Shown here one piece after another: positions 1 through 11,308 of a DNA stretch of 64,000 bases. Source of the DNA: Emiliania huxleyi CCMP1516 (lineage: Eukaryota); the NCBI RefSeq assembly GCF_000372725.1, contig NW_005202428.1, positions 2,079,119 through 2,143,118 of the forward strand. The letters run 5' to 3'. Made by a program: the position numbers and the translations under genes. The notes beneath the pieces were generated by a model, which was not told the DNA's origin, did no database searches, and saw only the letters and a program-made list of their open reading frames with translations. The stretch's first letter is position 1, and the number at the start of each line of letters is the position of its first letter.

Positions 1-110
1 AGGTGCAGCCGAGGTACAGCCGAGGTGCAGCCGAGGTGCAGCCGCGAGGTGGTGCCGAGGTGCGGCCTAGTCGACGGCTGAGGTGCATCCGAGGTGCAGC
101 CGAGGTCTAG
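1..110. repeat. Tandem ~11-bp repeat (GCCGAGGTGCA)n, same family as intronic repeat at 56515-56695
   Basis: Repeat units read directly; a near-identical array lies inside an intron of the 55712-61105 gene. Confidence 0.85.
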
Positions 111-702
111 CTTGCGGGTTCGGCAGGCTATCTAGAGACCTCGGCGTGCTCCGAATCCGGCCGTGCCACCTGGAGATCCCCGTGTCTTCCCGTCGCTGCT
201 GAGTGTGATGTCCGGCTGTGGACCGGATATGCGCGGTGGCCCAATTCCGGCCCATCCGGTTGCCGGAGCGAGGGGTATGCGATCCGGCGCCGGGTCCCCG
301 CCTGTCCTCCGAACGAGCACGATCCGAGGCATTCTGGGGGACGGTCGCGGCGACCCACCGGCCTGGCCCTGCGACTCCGCTGTTGCTGCTGCGTCGGTCG
401 CTGCCGTTGAGCGTTGTGTCTCCATCAGTGGCCGCGTCGCACGCTGGATGACGTCCGAAGGGGTCTGACTCCAGATCTCTGCAGCACTCTCAGCACTCTA
501 CTCTACTCTACTTTTCTACCTACAACTCTGTCACCCCTCCTCACATCCCAATAATCACCTCCTCCTCCCCCTCCTCCCCCACTACCTCCACCTCCACCTC
601 CAAACACAACCACCTTTCACATATCTCCAACTCCTCCCTCCAACCACGACACCACAGCACCACACACACAACACATTCCCTTCACACTTTCTTCATCTGT
701 CT

Positions 703-1251
703 CACAAAAACATCATCTCAACCAACATCCAACAACACCTCAGGAAGAAGCTCGCGCCGCTCGACGTCATCGACACGATCGTCGACACTGACTGCGTCAC
801 GAACACCTCGCAGCTCCGCCTCAACCTCGTCCAACGGATTGCCTGCGCAAAGACCAAGTACATTGCCGGCATCACGCCGCCCAATGTCGCGTGCGACGCT
901 CTCGAGTTTGCGCACAACCGCATCCGCAAGTCCTTTGAGAGCATTGCTCGCGCCGACGCCTCGCCCCAGGCGCTCCGCGACCTCGCGTGGCTCCAGGCGC
1001 AGCTGCCGACCGAGATGGGCGGGTGCAACATCGACACCGCCTTCTCGCGCGCCGACAGCGACTTCTCCATGTCGCTCCTCAAGAACTGGCGCACCCTCGT
1101 CGCCCACAACCCCGACTTCGCCCACGATGAGGGAGGTGCGTCCAAGTACCCCGCCATCGCCGCAGCTATCGCCACCTACGAGTCCGCCCTCTCGGACTGG
1201 AAGGAGGTGTGCGAGAAGCGCGCCGCGCGCGCACTGTGTGGAACAGGCTAG
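703..1251 (+). mobile_element. Fragment of CRE/R2-group non-LTR retrotransposon ORF (region after the RT core)
   Basis: Frame of ORF 1015-1251 extends to at least 703: LRLNLVQRIACAKTKYIAGITPP...AWLQAQLPTEMGGCNI resembles the LLR...YLLR.VPP and QA.LP...GGLG thumb motifs of RLE-type LINEs; no RT core seen. Confidence 0.6.
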
Positions 1252-3946
1252 CTCAAGGTTGCGTTAGATTGTCAATGGAGAATGGCCGCGTTCTCGCCCC
1301 TTTCCTGTCCGCGTGGGTCTCAGAGGACGAATGAGCACCGGACCTTCGAGGACATCAAAGTCGGCCGCGCCCCACGGCTATCCCGCCGGCTCTCGAGTGT
1401 CGCAGCGCGACGCGCTTCACCCCTCGACTCCGCGCTGCGAGTCGATTGGGAGACGACGCTCGGCCACTGCCAACTCCACCCTGACGTGACGCACATGCGC
1501 CGAGTGTCCCCCCCGAGGGTGTCCTTGTATAGTATAGTTGGTTGCGAGTTAAAAAAAGCCCGTTCCGCACCCGCAGCCAGCACCAGTACACATGCCGTTC
1601 TGGTGCCCCTCGGCTGGCCAGAGGACGGCTCACAATGCAAAATCGGAAAGACATCACGAGGGGCCGTATAAACGGCGCCGCAGCGGCCCGGGACACTAAC
1701 AGTGAGTTGCTGCCACTCGCCCGGCCTCCTCCCCCTCGGGGTCGCCCGGAAAGTGGGCTTGCGCACCGGCGCCCCCCCCAGCACGCCGACCCGAGGTGTA
1801 CCCTCCGGCCACCTGGGAGGGGAGCGCTCTCCCTTTTTGGCCCATTGGCTTCACCATGATGGATACGGAGGTGGCCAGCCCTTGGTTGTGCACCTGCGGC
1901 GCGAAGAGGAGGTGATCTCGGCGGACGACGGCCATGCCGAGAGCGGGTCCAGCGCGGAAGAGGGTGCGCAGCGCGTCGCGGCCGCGCGCTTGGGAGCCGG
2001 GGGGATGGCCGGAGGGGGTGGGACGCCTGCATGTCCTCGAAGCTCCCATCCGCATACGCAAGCCGAGCCGCGAACGGCGGGGAGGGAGTTTTGGAGGGTC
2101 AGCCAAGGACGCGCATGGCGAGTGACAAACGAACGCAACCTGCCCCGTAGCTGGTTTCTCATCGTGCGACAAAAACAAGTACTACACCGTCCGCGGCGGC
2201 TACCTGACTGAGTTCTACCCCAAGAGCGTCCCGCTCCCCGAGCCCGAGTCCCTTCCAGCTACCGACGCGATTCTCAATGGCACTTGCAAATCCACGTACC
2301 CGCGGCCGCGGGCGCTGTGGCCAGAGCAGTGCTGCTGTCGCCCGCCAAATCGACCCGGCTCTCGACCACTCTGGCGGCTGGATCGACTCCATCATTGACC
2401 GGATTGCCTCGCGCTCATCGAGGTGGCAAGCTCCCATCGACGACAATAATGGCGACTTTGAGGCTGCCGCGCTCGCGGAGCCAGATCCCGACAGGGAGGG
2501 GTCGGGGCGCTGCGGGGGCGAGCGCGAGGCGGTGCGGGCCTCCTGGGCCACCCGAGAGGCTTCAGCATCTGGGTGCGGCGGCGGCGGGAGGGCGGGCCGG
2601 TTGCGGTCGGTAGGAGCTGGGAGGCATTCGCCTCGCGCGGTGGCGGTGGCAGCCGCGCGAGAGAAGGGCCGGCGGGGAGCTCGGAGGCGGTGGCCTCTGA
2701 GACAGGGCGATGGCGATGGCGGAAATGCGAGAGCGTGTGGGCAATGATCCCCATCCCACAGTGGCCAGGGTCCCCTCGAGCAGGCCGCTCGCGGCGCGGC
2801 TGTGGCCGGCGGGGCTGAGACGCGAGTTTGTCGAGGGACTGCTCGAGGGCACGGTTGGCGGCTTCCTCTGCAAGAGCAGTTGCGAGATGGTCGTCCCCAT
2901 CAGACGGAGGGTCGTCGGAAGAGTCATCACCCGAGGAGGTGTCCTCGGGGGAGCCGTCGGTGGGTGGCGCGTCTTTGTAGAGGAGCGGTTCGCGCGCGGT
3001 GGTGGCGNNNNNNNNNNNNNNNNNNNNNNNNNNNNNNNNNNNNNNNNNNNNNNNNNNNNNNNNNNNNNNNNNNNNNNNNNNNNNNNNNNNNNNNNNNNNN
3101 NNNNNNNACATCAACGAGTTCCTCACTCGCTATTCGCGCGAGAGCGGCCTGCTCTCGCTCACGTCTCACGCCATCGACAAGGTGTTGAGATCCGCAGTAG
3201 TTCTGGATATTGTCTCGAGTGCAACGATCCTCGGGTCGACCTATGAGCAGAGCTTTACGCTCACACACACCTCGCTCATCGAGCTCATCTCGCTCAGCGG
3301 CTGCCGCTGCTTGATCGGGCCCGACTCGGGCGAGTGCCACGCGAACGCTTCTCAATATGCGAAGGACTGGTTGCCCTTCTAACTCACGAGTCTACTCTGT
3401 CGATGTGTGCGCGTGTGAAGTTCGTTGTGTGTATGTAAATGGGATATATGTCTCTATGGTATGACGTATGTGTGTGTGTGGGAAGACCTCTGGGGAGACT
3501 CCGAGGCCTTTTTCAGCGCGCGGGGTGGGAGACATCTGTATGGAGTGTCCTTAAAAATCATTTACAGTGCCCCCTGCCCGTTTCAGTCCCTCTCGTCCCA
3601 CCACCTGACCGACTTGCCCGAGCTCCGGCGCGAGGGGGAGGACGAGCCGCTGCGCCTGTACGGAGGAGGCTCGGCCTGCTGGTCGCCTGCCTCCGCCGCC
3701 TCCGCTTCCTGACCGGCCGTCGCCGCCTCTGGCTGTGATTTGAACCACTGCAGGTGCTCTTGGTGTGCAGCCTCGAGCTCTTTCTTGTACGTCTCGACGC
3801 GGGCGATCGACAAGCCAGGGTCGCTGGGCGCTACTCGCTGGTGGCGCACGGCGCCGAGGTGCATCTTGCGATGAATGGAGACGATGCGCTCCCTGTGGCG
3901 CTCAAGTTGCCCTATGATCTGGGGCGCATGGAGCCGGGTCATCGGC

Positions 3947-4794
3947 GTGGCGGAGCGACTAGATGCGGTGGCGAGGGCGGAGGCGGAGAGGGCAGCGGAG
4001 GTGAGGGCGGCGGCGGCGATGCCGATGGAGGAGGCGGTGAAGGAGGCGGCGGGCTTGGCGGCGGTGGCGACGGAGGCGGCGGCGACGGTGGTCGTGGAGG
4101 GGAGGGAGGCAGCGGTGCCGGAGGTGGTGGGGAGGGCGGTGGTGGCGAGGCGGAGGGCGAGAGGTGGTGGTGACGGCGCGGGGGCGGTGATGGTGGAGGA
4201 GGAGACGGAGGAGGTGGGGAGGGCGGGGGTGGAGAGGGCAGCGGAGGTGAGGGCGGCGGCGGCGATGCCGATGGAGGAGGCGGTGAAGGGGGCGGCGGGC
4301 TTGGCGGCGGTGGCGACGGAGGCGGCGGCGACGGTGGTCGTGGAGGGGAGGGAGGCAGCGGTGCCGGAGGTGGTGGGGAGGGCGGTGGTGGCGAGGCGGA
4401 GGGCGAGAGGTGGTGGTGACGGCGCGGGGGCGGTGATGGTGGAGGAGGAGACGGAGGAGGTGGGGAGGGCGGGGGTGGCGATGGCGGTGGTGGGCTTGGC
4501 GGTGGCGATAGAATTTCGCTTGTAGTACCCCGCGAAAATTTCACATTTTAACTATATAGGTCGCCAGGACGCGCAGGCTTCGAGATGTTTTGCCACACAT
4601 CACTTTTGGCGGAGTGGCTCGGCGTGACTTCGGGTTTTAATTTTGGTAGGTGGATTGTCCAAAATACGTCAGCCTCGCACGCCTCTAGCCGCGCACGCGG
4701 GGGCGGGGGCGCGGCAAAATTTTTTTCCAAATAATATGAGGCGATGCTCGGCGGGCCGCTATCATCCCATGCGCAGCCCTGGCACGCCGGCCGC
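3947..4794. repeat. Segmental duplication copy 1 (SPPPP array with 246-bp internal repeat plus ~280-bp unique tail); copy 2 at 8398-9228
   Basis: Near-identical from GTGGCGGAGCGACTAGATG to CCCTGGCACGCCGGCCGC at both loci. Confidence 0.9.
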
Positions 4795-6708
4795 TCTCAT
4801 CTCGAGCATTGCTGTCCGTATGGTCTAGTTGGTCATGACGTCTGCCCAACATGCAGAAGGTCCCCCGTTCGAACCGGGGTATGGATGGTGGCGGGCTGGG
4901 TGGCGGCGGGGACGGCGGCGACGGGCTCGGTGGCAGCGAGCTCGGCGGCGGTGGTGACGGAGGTGACGTCGAGGGAGGTGGTGGGGACGGCGGCGGTGGG
5001 TTCGGTGGCGGCGGGGACGGAGGTGACGTCGAGGGAGGTGGTGGGGACGGTGGCGGTGGGCTCGGTGGCGGCGGGGACGGCGGCGGCGGCGAGGGCGGTG
5101 GCGGGCTTGGCGGCGGCGGCGAGGGCGGGGGCGGTGAAGGTGGTGGCGGCGAGGGTGGAGGTGGGGATGGCGGCGGTGGGCTTGGAGGCGGCGGCGAGGG
5201 AGACGGCGGCGAGGACGGTGGTGGGCTTGGCGGTGGCGGCGAGGGCGGCGGCGGAGACGGAGGCGGTGGCGAGGGCGGCGGCGGCGAGGGCGGGAGCGGA
5301 GAAGGCAGCGGCGGAGAAGACGGCGGAGGGGGCGAGGGCGGCGGCGGCGAGGGTGGTGGCGACGGTGGCGGTGGGCTTGGCGGTGGCGGCGACGGCGGTG
5401 GCGGGCTTGGCGGAGGCGGCGAGGGCGGCGGGTNNNNNNNNNNNNNNNNNNNNNNNNNNNNNNNNNNNNNNNNNNNNNNNNNNNNNNNNNNNNNNNNNNN
5501 NNNNNNNNNNNNNNNNNNNNNNNNNNNNNNNNNNNNNNNNNNNNNNNNNNNNNNNNNNNNNNNNNNNNNNNNNNNNNNNNNNNNNNNNNNNNNNNNNNNN
5601 NNNNNNNNNNNNNNNNNNNNNNNNNNNNNNNNNNNNNNNNNNNNNNNNNNNNNNNNNNNNNNNNNNNNNNNNNNNNNNNNNNNNNNNNNNNNNNNNNNNN
5701 NNNNNNNNNNNNNNNNNNNNNNNNNNNNNNNNNNNNNNNNNNNNNNNNNNNNNNNNNNNNNNNNNNNNNNNNNNNNNNNTTTTGTGGGGGGGACTTTTTC
5801 ATAAAAAGTAATCTTTGGGGCCGCCACCTCGATAGCGGAGCGGCTTATGTCGGCGGATATGGCGGGAGTGTTATTGTCAGCGTATGCGATGGCGTTCTCG
5901 AGGAGTGACGGCGGATGTGAGGGCGGAGTCGATAGCGGCGGCGACGAGTGCGGCGGCGTCGAGGGCGCGGGCAGAGAACGTGTAGGTGGTGACGGCGGCA
6001 GCGGCGAGGAGTGCGGCTGTGAGGGCGGTGTCGACGAGGGCGCGGGTGGGGATGGCGATGGCGGCGATGGTGGGGGTGGCGATGGAGGCGGGGGGCTCGG
6101 AGGCAGCGGCGAGGGAAGCGGCGGCGAGGGCGGGGGCGGGCTCGGAGGTGGCGGCGAGGGCGTCCCCGGCGAGGGAGGGGATGGTGAGAAGGGCGTTGGC
6201 CTTGGCGGCGGCGGCGAGGGTGGCGGCCGCAACGGAGGCGGTGGAGAAGGCGGTGGGGATGGTGGTGGTGGCGATGGCGGAGGCGGAGAGGGAGATGTGG
6301 ACGGGGGCGGCGGCGAGCGAGGTGGGGGCGAGAGCGAGGAAAGCGGAGGTGGTGGCGAGGGCGGCGCAGGCGGGGGCGGCGGGGGCGAGGGAGGCGGCGG
6401 CGACAGGGGCGAGGGCGGTGGAGGAGGAGGAGGCGAGGGTGGCGGCGGCGAGGGTGGCGGCGGAGAGGGACGCGGCGAGGGCGGCGGCGGGAATGGCGGC
6501 GGAGGCGAGGGCGGTGACGGCGAAGGCGGCGGCAGCGAGGGAGTTGGGGGCGAGGGCGGCGGAGGGCTGGGCGGCGGTGGACTCGGGGGTGGTGGCGACG
6601 GCGGTGGTNNNNNNNNNNNNNNNNNNNNNNNNNNNNNNNNNNNNNNNNNNNNNNNNNNNNNNNNNNNNNNNNNNNNNNNNNNNNNNNNNNNNNNNNNNNN
6701 NNNNNNNN

Positions 6709-6927
6709 CCTTGGCCGGCTGGGCCACGGCGACGAGGCAGCAGCCCCAGCTGCTGCCGAAGAAGATCGAGGTCTTTGCTGGCCAGCGCGTCGTCGCCGTG
6801 TCGGCAGGAGAGGACCATAGCCTCGCCCTCACCGGCGACGGCGCTGTCTTTAGACTTTACCTGGGGCGCTGGCGGACTCGGCCGCTTAGGCCACGGAGAG
6901 GACCTGTCGAACCAGCTGCTGCCCAAA
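6709..6927 (+). pseudogene. RCC1-repeat gene fragment, frameshifted
   Basis: QLLPKKIEVFAGQRVVAVSAGEDHSLALTGDGAVF then, in another frame, FTWGAGGLGRLGHGEDLSNQLLPK; typical RCC1 repeat, with frame change at CTTTAGACTTT. Confidence 0.85.
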
Positions 6928-7000
6928 TGCGGCGGGCCATGGGACCCCATCTCCCCCCCCCCCCATGGATGCCCTCTGGGGCCCCCGCGCCCTCCCAGAG
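6928..7000. mobile_element. Right end of a transposon of the same family as 23183-24101
   Basis: TGCGGCGGGCCATGGGACCCCAT...GGGCCCCCGCGCCCTCCCAGAG matches 24032-24101. Confidence 0.75.
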
Positions 7001-7070
7001 AGGCGGTGAAGGCGGCGGCGGCGAGGGTGGCGGGGGAGAGGGTGGTGGCGGGGAGGGAGGCGGTGGGCTC

Positions 7071-8063
7071 CTGAGCCCTGGCTGTCAGGCTGTCGGGTGC
7101 TGTCAGGTGATCTGTCGGGCTGTCGGGCACTGTCAGGCACTGTCAGGTGCCTCTGTCAGACCAGCTGTCAGGTGCTGTCAGTGCTGTCAGGTGCTGTCGG
7201 GTGCGTGTCTGACAGGCGAGGTGATCTGTAGCTGTCGGGTGCTGTCGGAGCTGTCGGGTGTTGCTGTCAGACGCTGTCGGAGCTGTCAGAGCTGTCAGGC
7301 TGCTGCTGCTGTCAGACGTTGGGCTGTTGCTGTCAGGTGCTGTCAGGTGGTGCTGTCGGGGTGCTGCCAGGCTCTGACACACATCAGCCACACTTATGAC
7401 ACTATCAAGAGGGCGCTGACTATCAAGGGGGTGCTGACGCCGATGACGCCGGCGGCTACGCAGCTACCCCCCCCTCCTACACTGCGTGATCACGCCGGCG
7501 GCGGCGGCCACCTGGGGAGCGCAGATGGCGGCGCAGAGGCACAGGCGGCGGCGGCGGCACAGACGGCGGCGGCCACCCCCACCCAGACGCCGTAGGCATA
7601 TGACTGTAGGGCCCCAGAAGGCTAGCTGGTAGCTTCATTTGTAGTAGCACAGCCGCCGGTGCTGGAGAGGGGTCCGCAGAGGTGGGGCGGGAGGGTTGAA
7701 AGAGAGACCCATGACCATCCCATGACTACATGGACCACACTCACATGTCTTTGCATGTAATTTTGTTATACCCTCATGGGGCGCAAGAAAGAGGCTCTAC
7801 GGGGTCTGTGTACGGTCTGTGCTGCTGTCAGGCTGTCAGCGCTGCTGTCAGGCCACTGTGTGCTGTCGGGCTGTCAGGCAGCTGTCAGGCTGTCACGTTA
7901 GGGCCTGACAGCGACGGGTCACCTCGCCTGTCAGGCTCTGCTGTCAGGCTGTCAGATATGTGCTGTCAGACTGTCAGAGAAAGTGCTGTCAGCGCTGTCA
8001 GGCTGTAGGGCACTGTCAGGCGCTGTCCGGGGTTTGCTGTCAGTCTGTCAGACCAGGGCTCAG
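7071..8063. mobile_element. Non-autonomous DNA transposon, hAT-like (11-bp TIR, 8-bp TSD)
   Basis: TIR CTGAGCCCTGG (7071-7081)/CCAGGGCTCAG (8053-8063); TSD GTGGGCTC (7063-7070, 8064-8071); dense subterminal CTGTCAG/CTGTCGG repeats. Confidence 0.88.
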
Positions 8064-8397
8064 GTGGGCTCGGTGGGGGAGGGCTTGGCGGTGGCGGGGA
8101 TGGAGGCGGAGGTGGGGGCGGCGGTGACGGAGGTGGTGGGCTTGGCAGAGGAGGCGACGGGGGCGGTGGCGAGGGAGGCGGCGGGCTGGGTGGTGGAGGC
8201 GATGGAGGGGGTGGAGAGGGAGGCGGCGGGGATGGTGGTGGAGGGGAGGGAGGAGGTGGCGCGGCCGAGGGCGGCGGCGGNNNNNNNNNNNNNNNNNNNN
8301 NNNNNNNNNNNNNNNNNNNNNNNNNNNNNNNNNNNNNNNNNNNNNNNNNNNNNNNNNNNNNNNNNNNNNNNNNNNNNNNNAGGGAAAGGTGATGAGG

Positions 8398-9228
8398 GTG
8401 GCGGAGCGACTAGATGCGGTGGCGAGGGCGGAGGCGGAGAGGGCGGCGGAGGTGAGGGCGGCGGCGGCGATGCCGATGGAGGAGGCGGTGAAGGAGGCGG
8501 CGGGCTTGGCCGGCGGTGGCGACGGAGGCGGCGGCGACGGTGGTCGTGGAGGGGAGGGAGGCAGCGGTGCCGGAGGTGGTGGGGAGGGCGGTGGTGGCGA
8601 GGCGGAGGGCGAGAGGTGGTGGTGACGGCGCGGGGGCGGTGATGGTGGAGGAGGAGACGGAGGAGGTGGGGAGGGCGGAGGTGGAGAGGGCAGCGGAGGT
8701 GAGGGCGGCGGCGGCGATGCCGATGGAGGAGGCGGTGAAGGGGGCGGCGGGCTTGGCGGCGGTGGCGACGGAGGCGGCGGCGACGGTGGTCGTGGAGGGG
8801 AGGGAGGCAGCGGTGCCGGAGGTGGTGGGGAGGGCGGTGGTGGCGAGGCGGAGGGCGAGAGGTGGTGGTGACGGCGCGGGGGCGGTGATGGTGGAGGAGG
8901 AGACGGAGGAGGTGGGGAGGGCGGGGGTGGCGATGGCGGTGGTGGGCTTGGCGGTGGCGATAGAATTTCGCTTGTAGTACCCCGCGAAAATTTCACATTT
9001 TAACTATATAGGTCGCCAGGACGCGCAGGCTTCGAGATGTTTTGCCACACATCACTTTTGGCGGAGTGGCTCGGCGTGACTTCGGGTTTTAATTTTGGTA
9101 GGTGGATTGTCCAAAATACGTCAGCCTCGCACGCCTCTAGCCGCGAGGCAAAATTTTTTTCCAAATAATATGAGGCGATGCTCGGCGGGCCGCTATCATC
9201 CCATGCGCAGCCCTGGCACGCCGGCCGC
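8398..9228. repeat. Segmental duplication copy 2 of 3947-4794
   Basis: Direct comparison; small indels only. Confidence 0.9.
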
Positions 9229-9318
9229 AGCTCGACTCCGAGCGGCGACTGGCTGCCAGTTCGAGCATGGCTCTGGTAGTCGGCCGCCTCCGAGAGCGGC
9301 GACTGGCTGCCAGTTCGA

Positions 9319-9391
9319 AGCGGCGTGGCGCAGTGGACAGCGTGTTGGGCCCATAACCCAAAGGTCGCTGGATCGAGACCAGCCGCCGCTA
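9319..9391 (+). tRNA. tRNA-iMet: Initiator tRNA-Met (CAT)
   Basis: Acceptor stem AGCGGCG/CGCCGCT with A1:U72; anticodon arm TTGGG-CCCATAA-CCCAA with three G:C pairs; T-loop ATCGAGA with A54; followed by TTTT. Confidence 0.96.
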
Positions 9392-9523
9392 TTTTGTCGT
9401 TCCCACATTCCGCTACCTATTTTGTTCGTTTCCCTTTTCTCTTCTCAATTGGCCCGCTATTTTGTCGTTCCCACATTCCGCTACCTATTTTGTTCGTTTC
9501 CCTTTTCTCTTCTCAATTGGCCC
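9387..9523. repeat. Tandem ~68-bp duplication of the tRNA 3' trailer
   Basis: CGCTATTTTGTCGTTCCCACATTCC...CTCAATTGGCC occurs twice in tandem. Confidence 0.9.
9392..9395 (+). terminator. Pol III oligo-T terminator
   Basis: TTTT directly after the discriminator base. Confidence 0.6.
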
Positions 9524-9993
9524 GCCGGGTCTGGCCCGGCCCGTCACGGCCATTGTTTAGCCGCGCCTCTCCCGCGCGCTACTCGCTCTTTTCCGCGCCA
9601 TGCCCGACCCTCCCCAAGCTGAGAGAGAGATGATGTGTTTGTCCAAGCTGATGCGAGCCCGGAGCCTGACGCTCGTCGGCACCGGATGATATTTAGCAAT
9701 ACCAATACCAAACAACTCTCACAAACAAGTTCTTTGTTTGTCGGCACCGGCGGCGGCGGAGGCGGCATGCCAGTCGAGCCCCTCCTGGGCGCCAAGTGGC
9801 GTAAAGCCCCCCCCTTACCCTGCTGGTCCGGAGAAAAACATCTGTAAACGCCATACACAAACTCTGGCCCCAAATGACGTGCGAGTCTTCGAGTTGTTTA
9901 AAAAGTAAAATCTCTCAAACGCCGGCTACACTCCCCCTTGCACCCCGAACCCCCGTGCCACTGGCAGGGCAAGGTCCGGCACCACCACACAAC

Positions 9994-11220
9994 ATGCCAC
10001 GCCGCTCGCGGTCCAAGTCGCTCGTCCGCTCCCGCAAGCGCAAGGCGGGCGACCTGGCCTCGCAGCGGCTAGACGACGGCGACGAGGAGCCGCTCGCTTC
10101 CGAGACGTCCGGCGCTGACAAAACAAGGCTCGGCCGGGCCAGCAGCAGCAACCCCAACGCGCTCTGGCCCGACTGCGATGCGTGGCGGCCAAAGAGCATG
10201 TTCGACGTCTACTACAGGCTAACCGCAGTCGTGCCGCGCGAGGAGTGGCCAGCCTTCTCCGACAGCTTGCGCCGGCCGCTCCCAATAACCTTCCGCTTCA
10301 CGCGTGACGCCGCGGACGACTTCCGCGCCGAGGGCGAGCGCGTGCTGAGCCGGTGGGCGGCAGAGGGGCTGGGCACCCGCCGGCTCGGACTGGTCGAGGG
10401 CTGGCAGCTGCACATGGACAAGCACCAGCTGCGCGAGGCGGTCCCCGGATCGGACGCCGCCTCCGTGCGCGAGTGGCTCATCCGAGGCACCGAGTCGGGC
10501 CTGCTGGTGCGGCAGGAGGTGGCCAGCATGCTGCCCGCCGCGACGCTCGGCGTGCTGCCGCACCACCGCGTGCTCGACATGTGCGCCGCGCCCGGCAGCA
10601 AGACCACCCAGCTCGTCGAGCGGCTCGACGGCGGCGGCGGCGTCGTCGTCGCCAACGACTTTTCGGCGCTGCGCTGCTTCACGCTCGTCAAGCGCACCGC
10701 CTCGCTCGGCCCTCCAACCATAGATGCGTAGTCTGACTCGAGGTCCAGCTGACTCGAGGTCCAGCTGGAGAAGACGCGCACTCGTCTGCAGCTACCATCG
10801 CCCAGCCGTCGCCACCGCCGCCGAACTTTCTAGGACCTCCCCACTAGAACTTTCAGGACCTCCCCACAGGCCCGCGCGCGGCCTCTCTTGTCGTCACCAA
10901 CCACGCGGCTCAAAAGATGCCGCGCCCGCCCGCAGCCCGCGGCGGAGGCGGAGGCGGCGGCGGCGCCTCCGGGTTTGACCGCATCGTGTGCGACGTGCCT
11001 TGCGCTGACGACGGCCCCACTCCTCTTCCCTGCGCCTTCCCTGAGCTTTCTCGGCGCCTTCCGATAGGTGCCCTGCACCGGCGACGGCACCACGCGCAAG
11101 CACCCCGAGGTCTTCCACAGGTGGGAGGTCGCGCTGGCGCTGCGGCAGCACCCGCTGCAGCTGCAGATCGCGATGAGAGGTTGCGCGCTGCTCGAGGTGG
11201 CTTGCTCTGTCTTGAAGAGC

Positions 11221-11308
<88 letters not shown>

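Larger units (their letters stand above)
3970..8960 (-). repeat. Extensin-like (Ser-Pro4)n coding-type arrays, broken by gaps and insertions
   Basis: Minus-strand ORFs 3939-4544, 4685-6832 and 8040-8996 read SPPPP repeats with varied codons; gene model unresolved. Confidence 0.75.

Noticed and set aside
1280..3382. Assorted ORFs around gap 3008-3107
   Set aside because: No recognisable motifs or consistent gene model.
7081..8050. Cys-rich ORFs or a CRISPR-like array from CTGTCAG repeats
   Set aside because: Degenerate 7-10 nt units without spacers; explained as transposon subterminal repeats.
3754..8977. Gly-rich or Ala/Val/Glu-rich plus-strand ORFs
   Set aside because: Reverse-strand readings of the SPPPP arrays.
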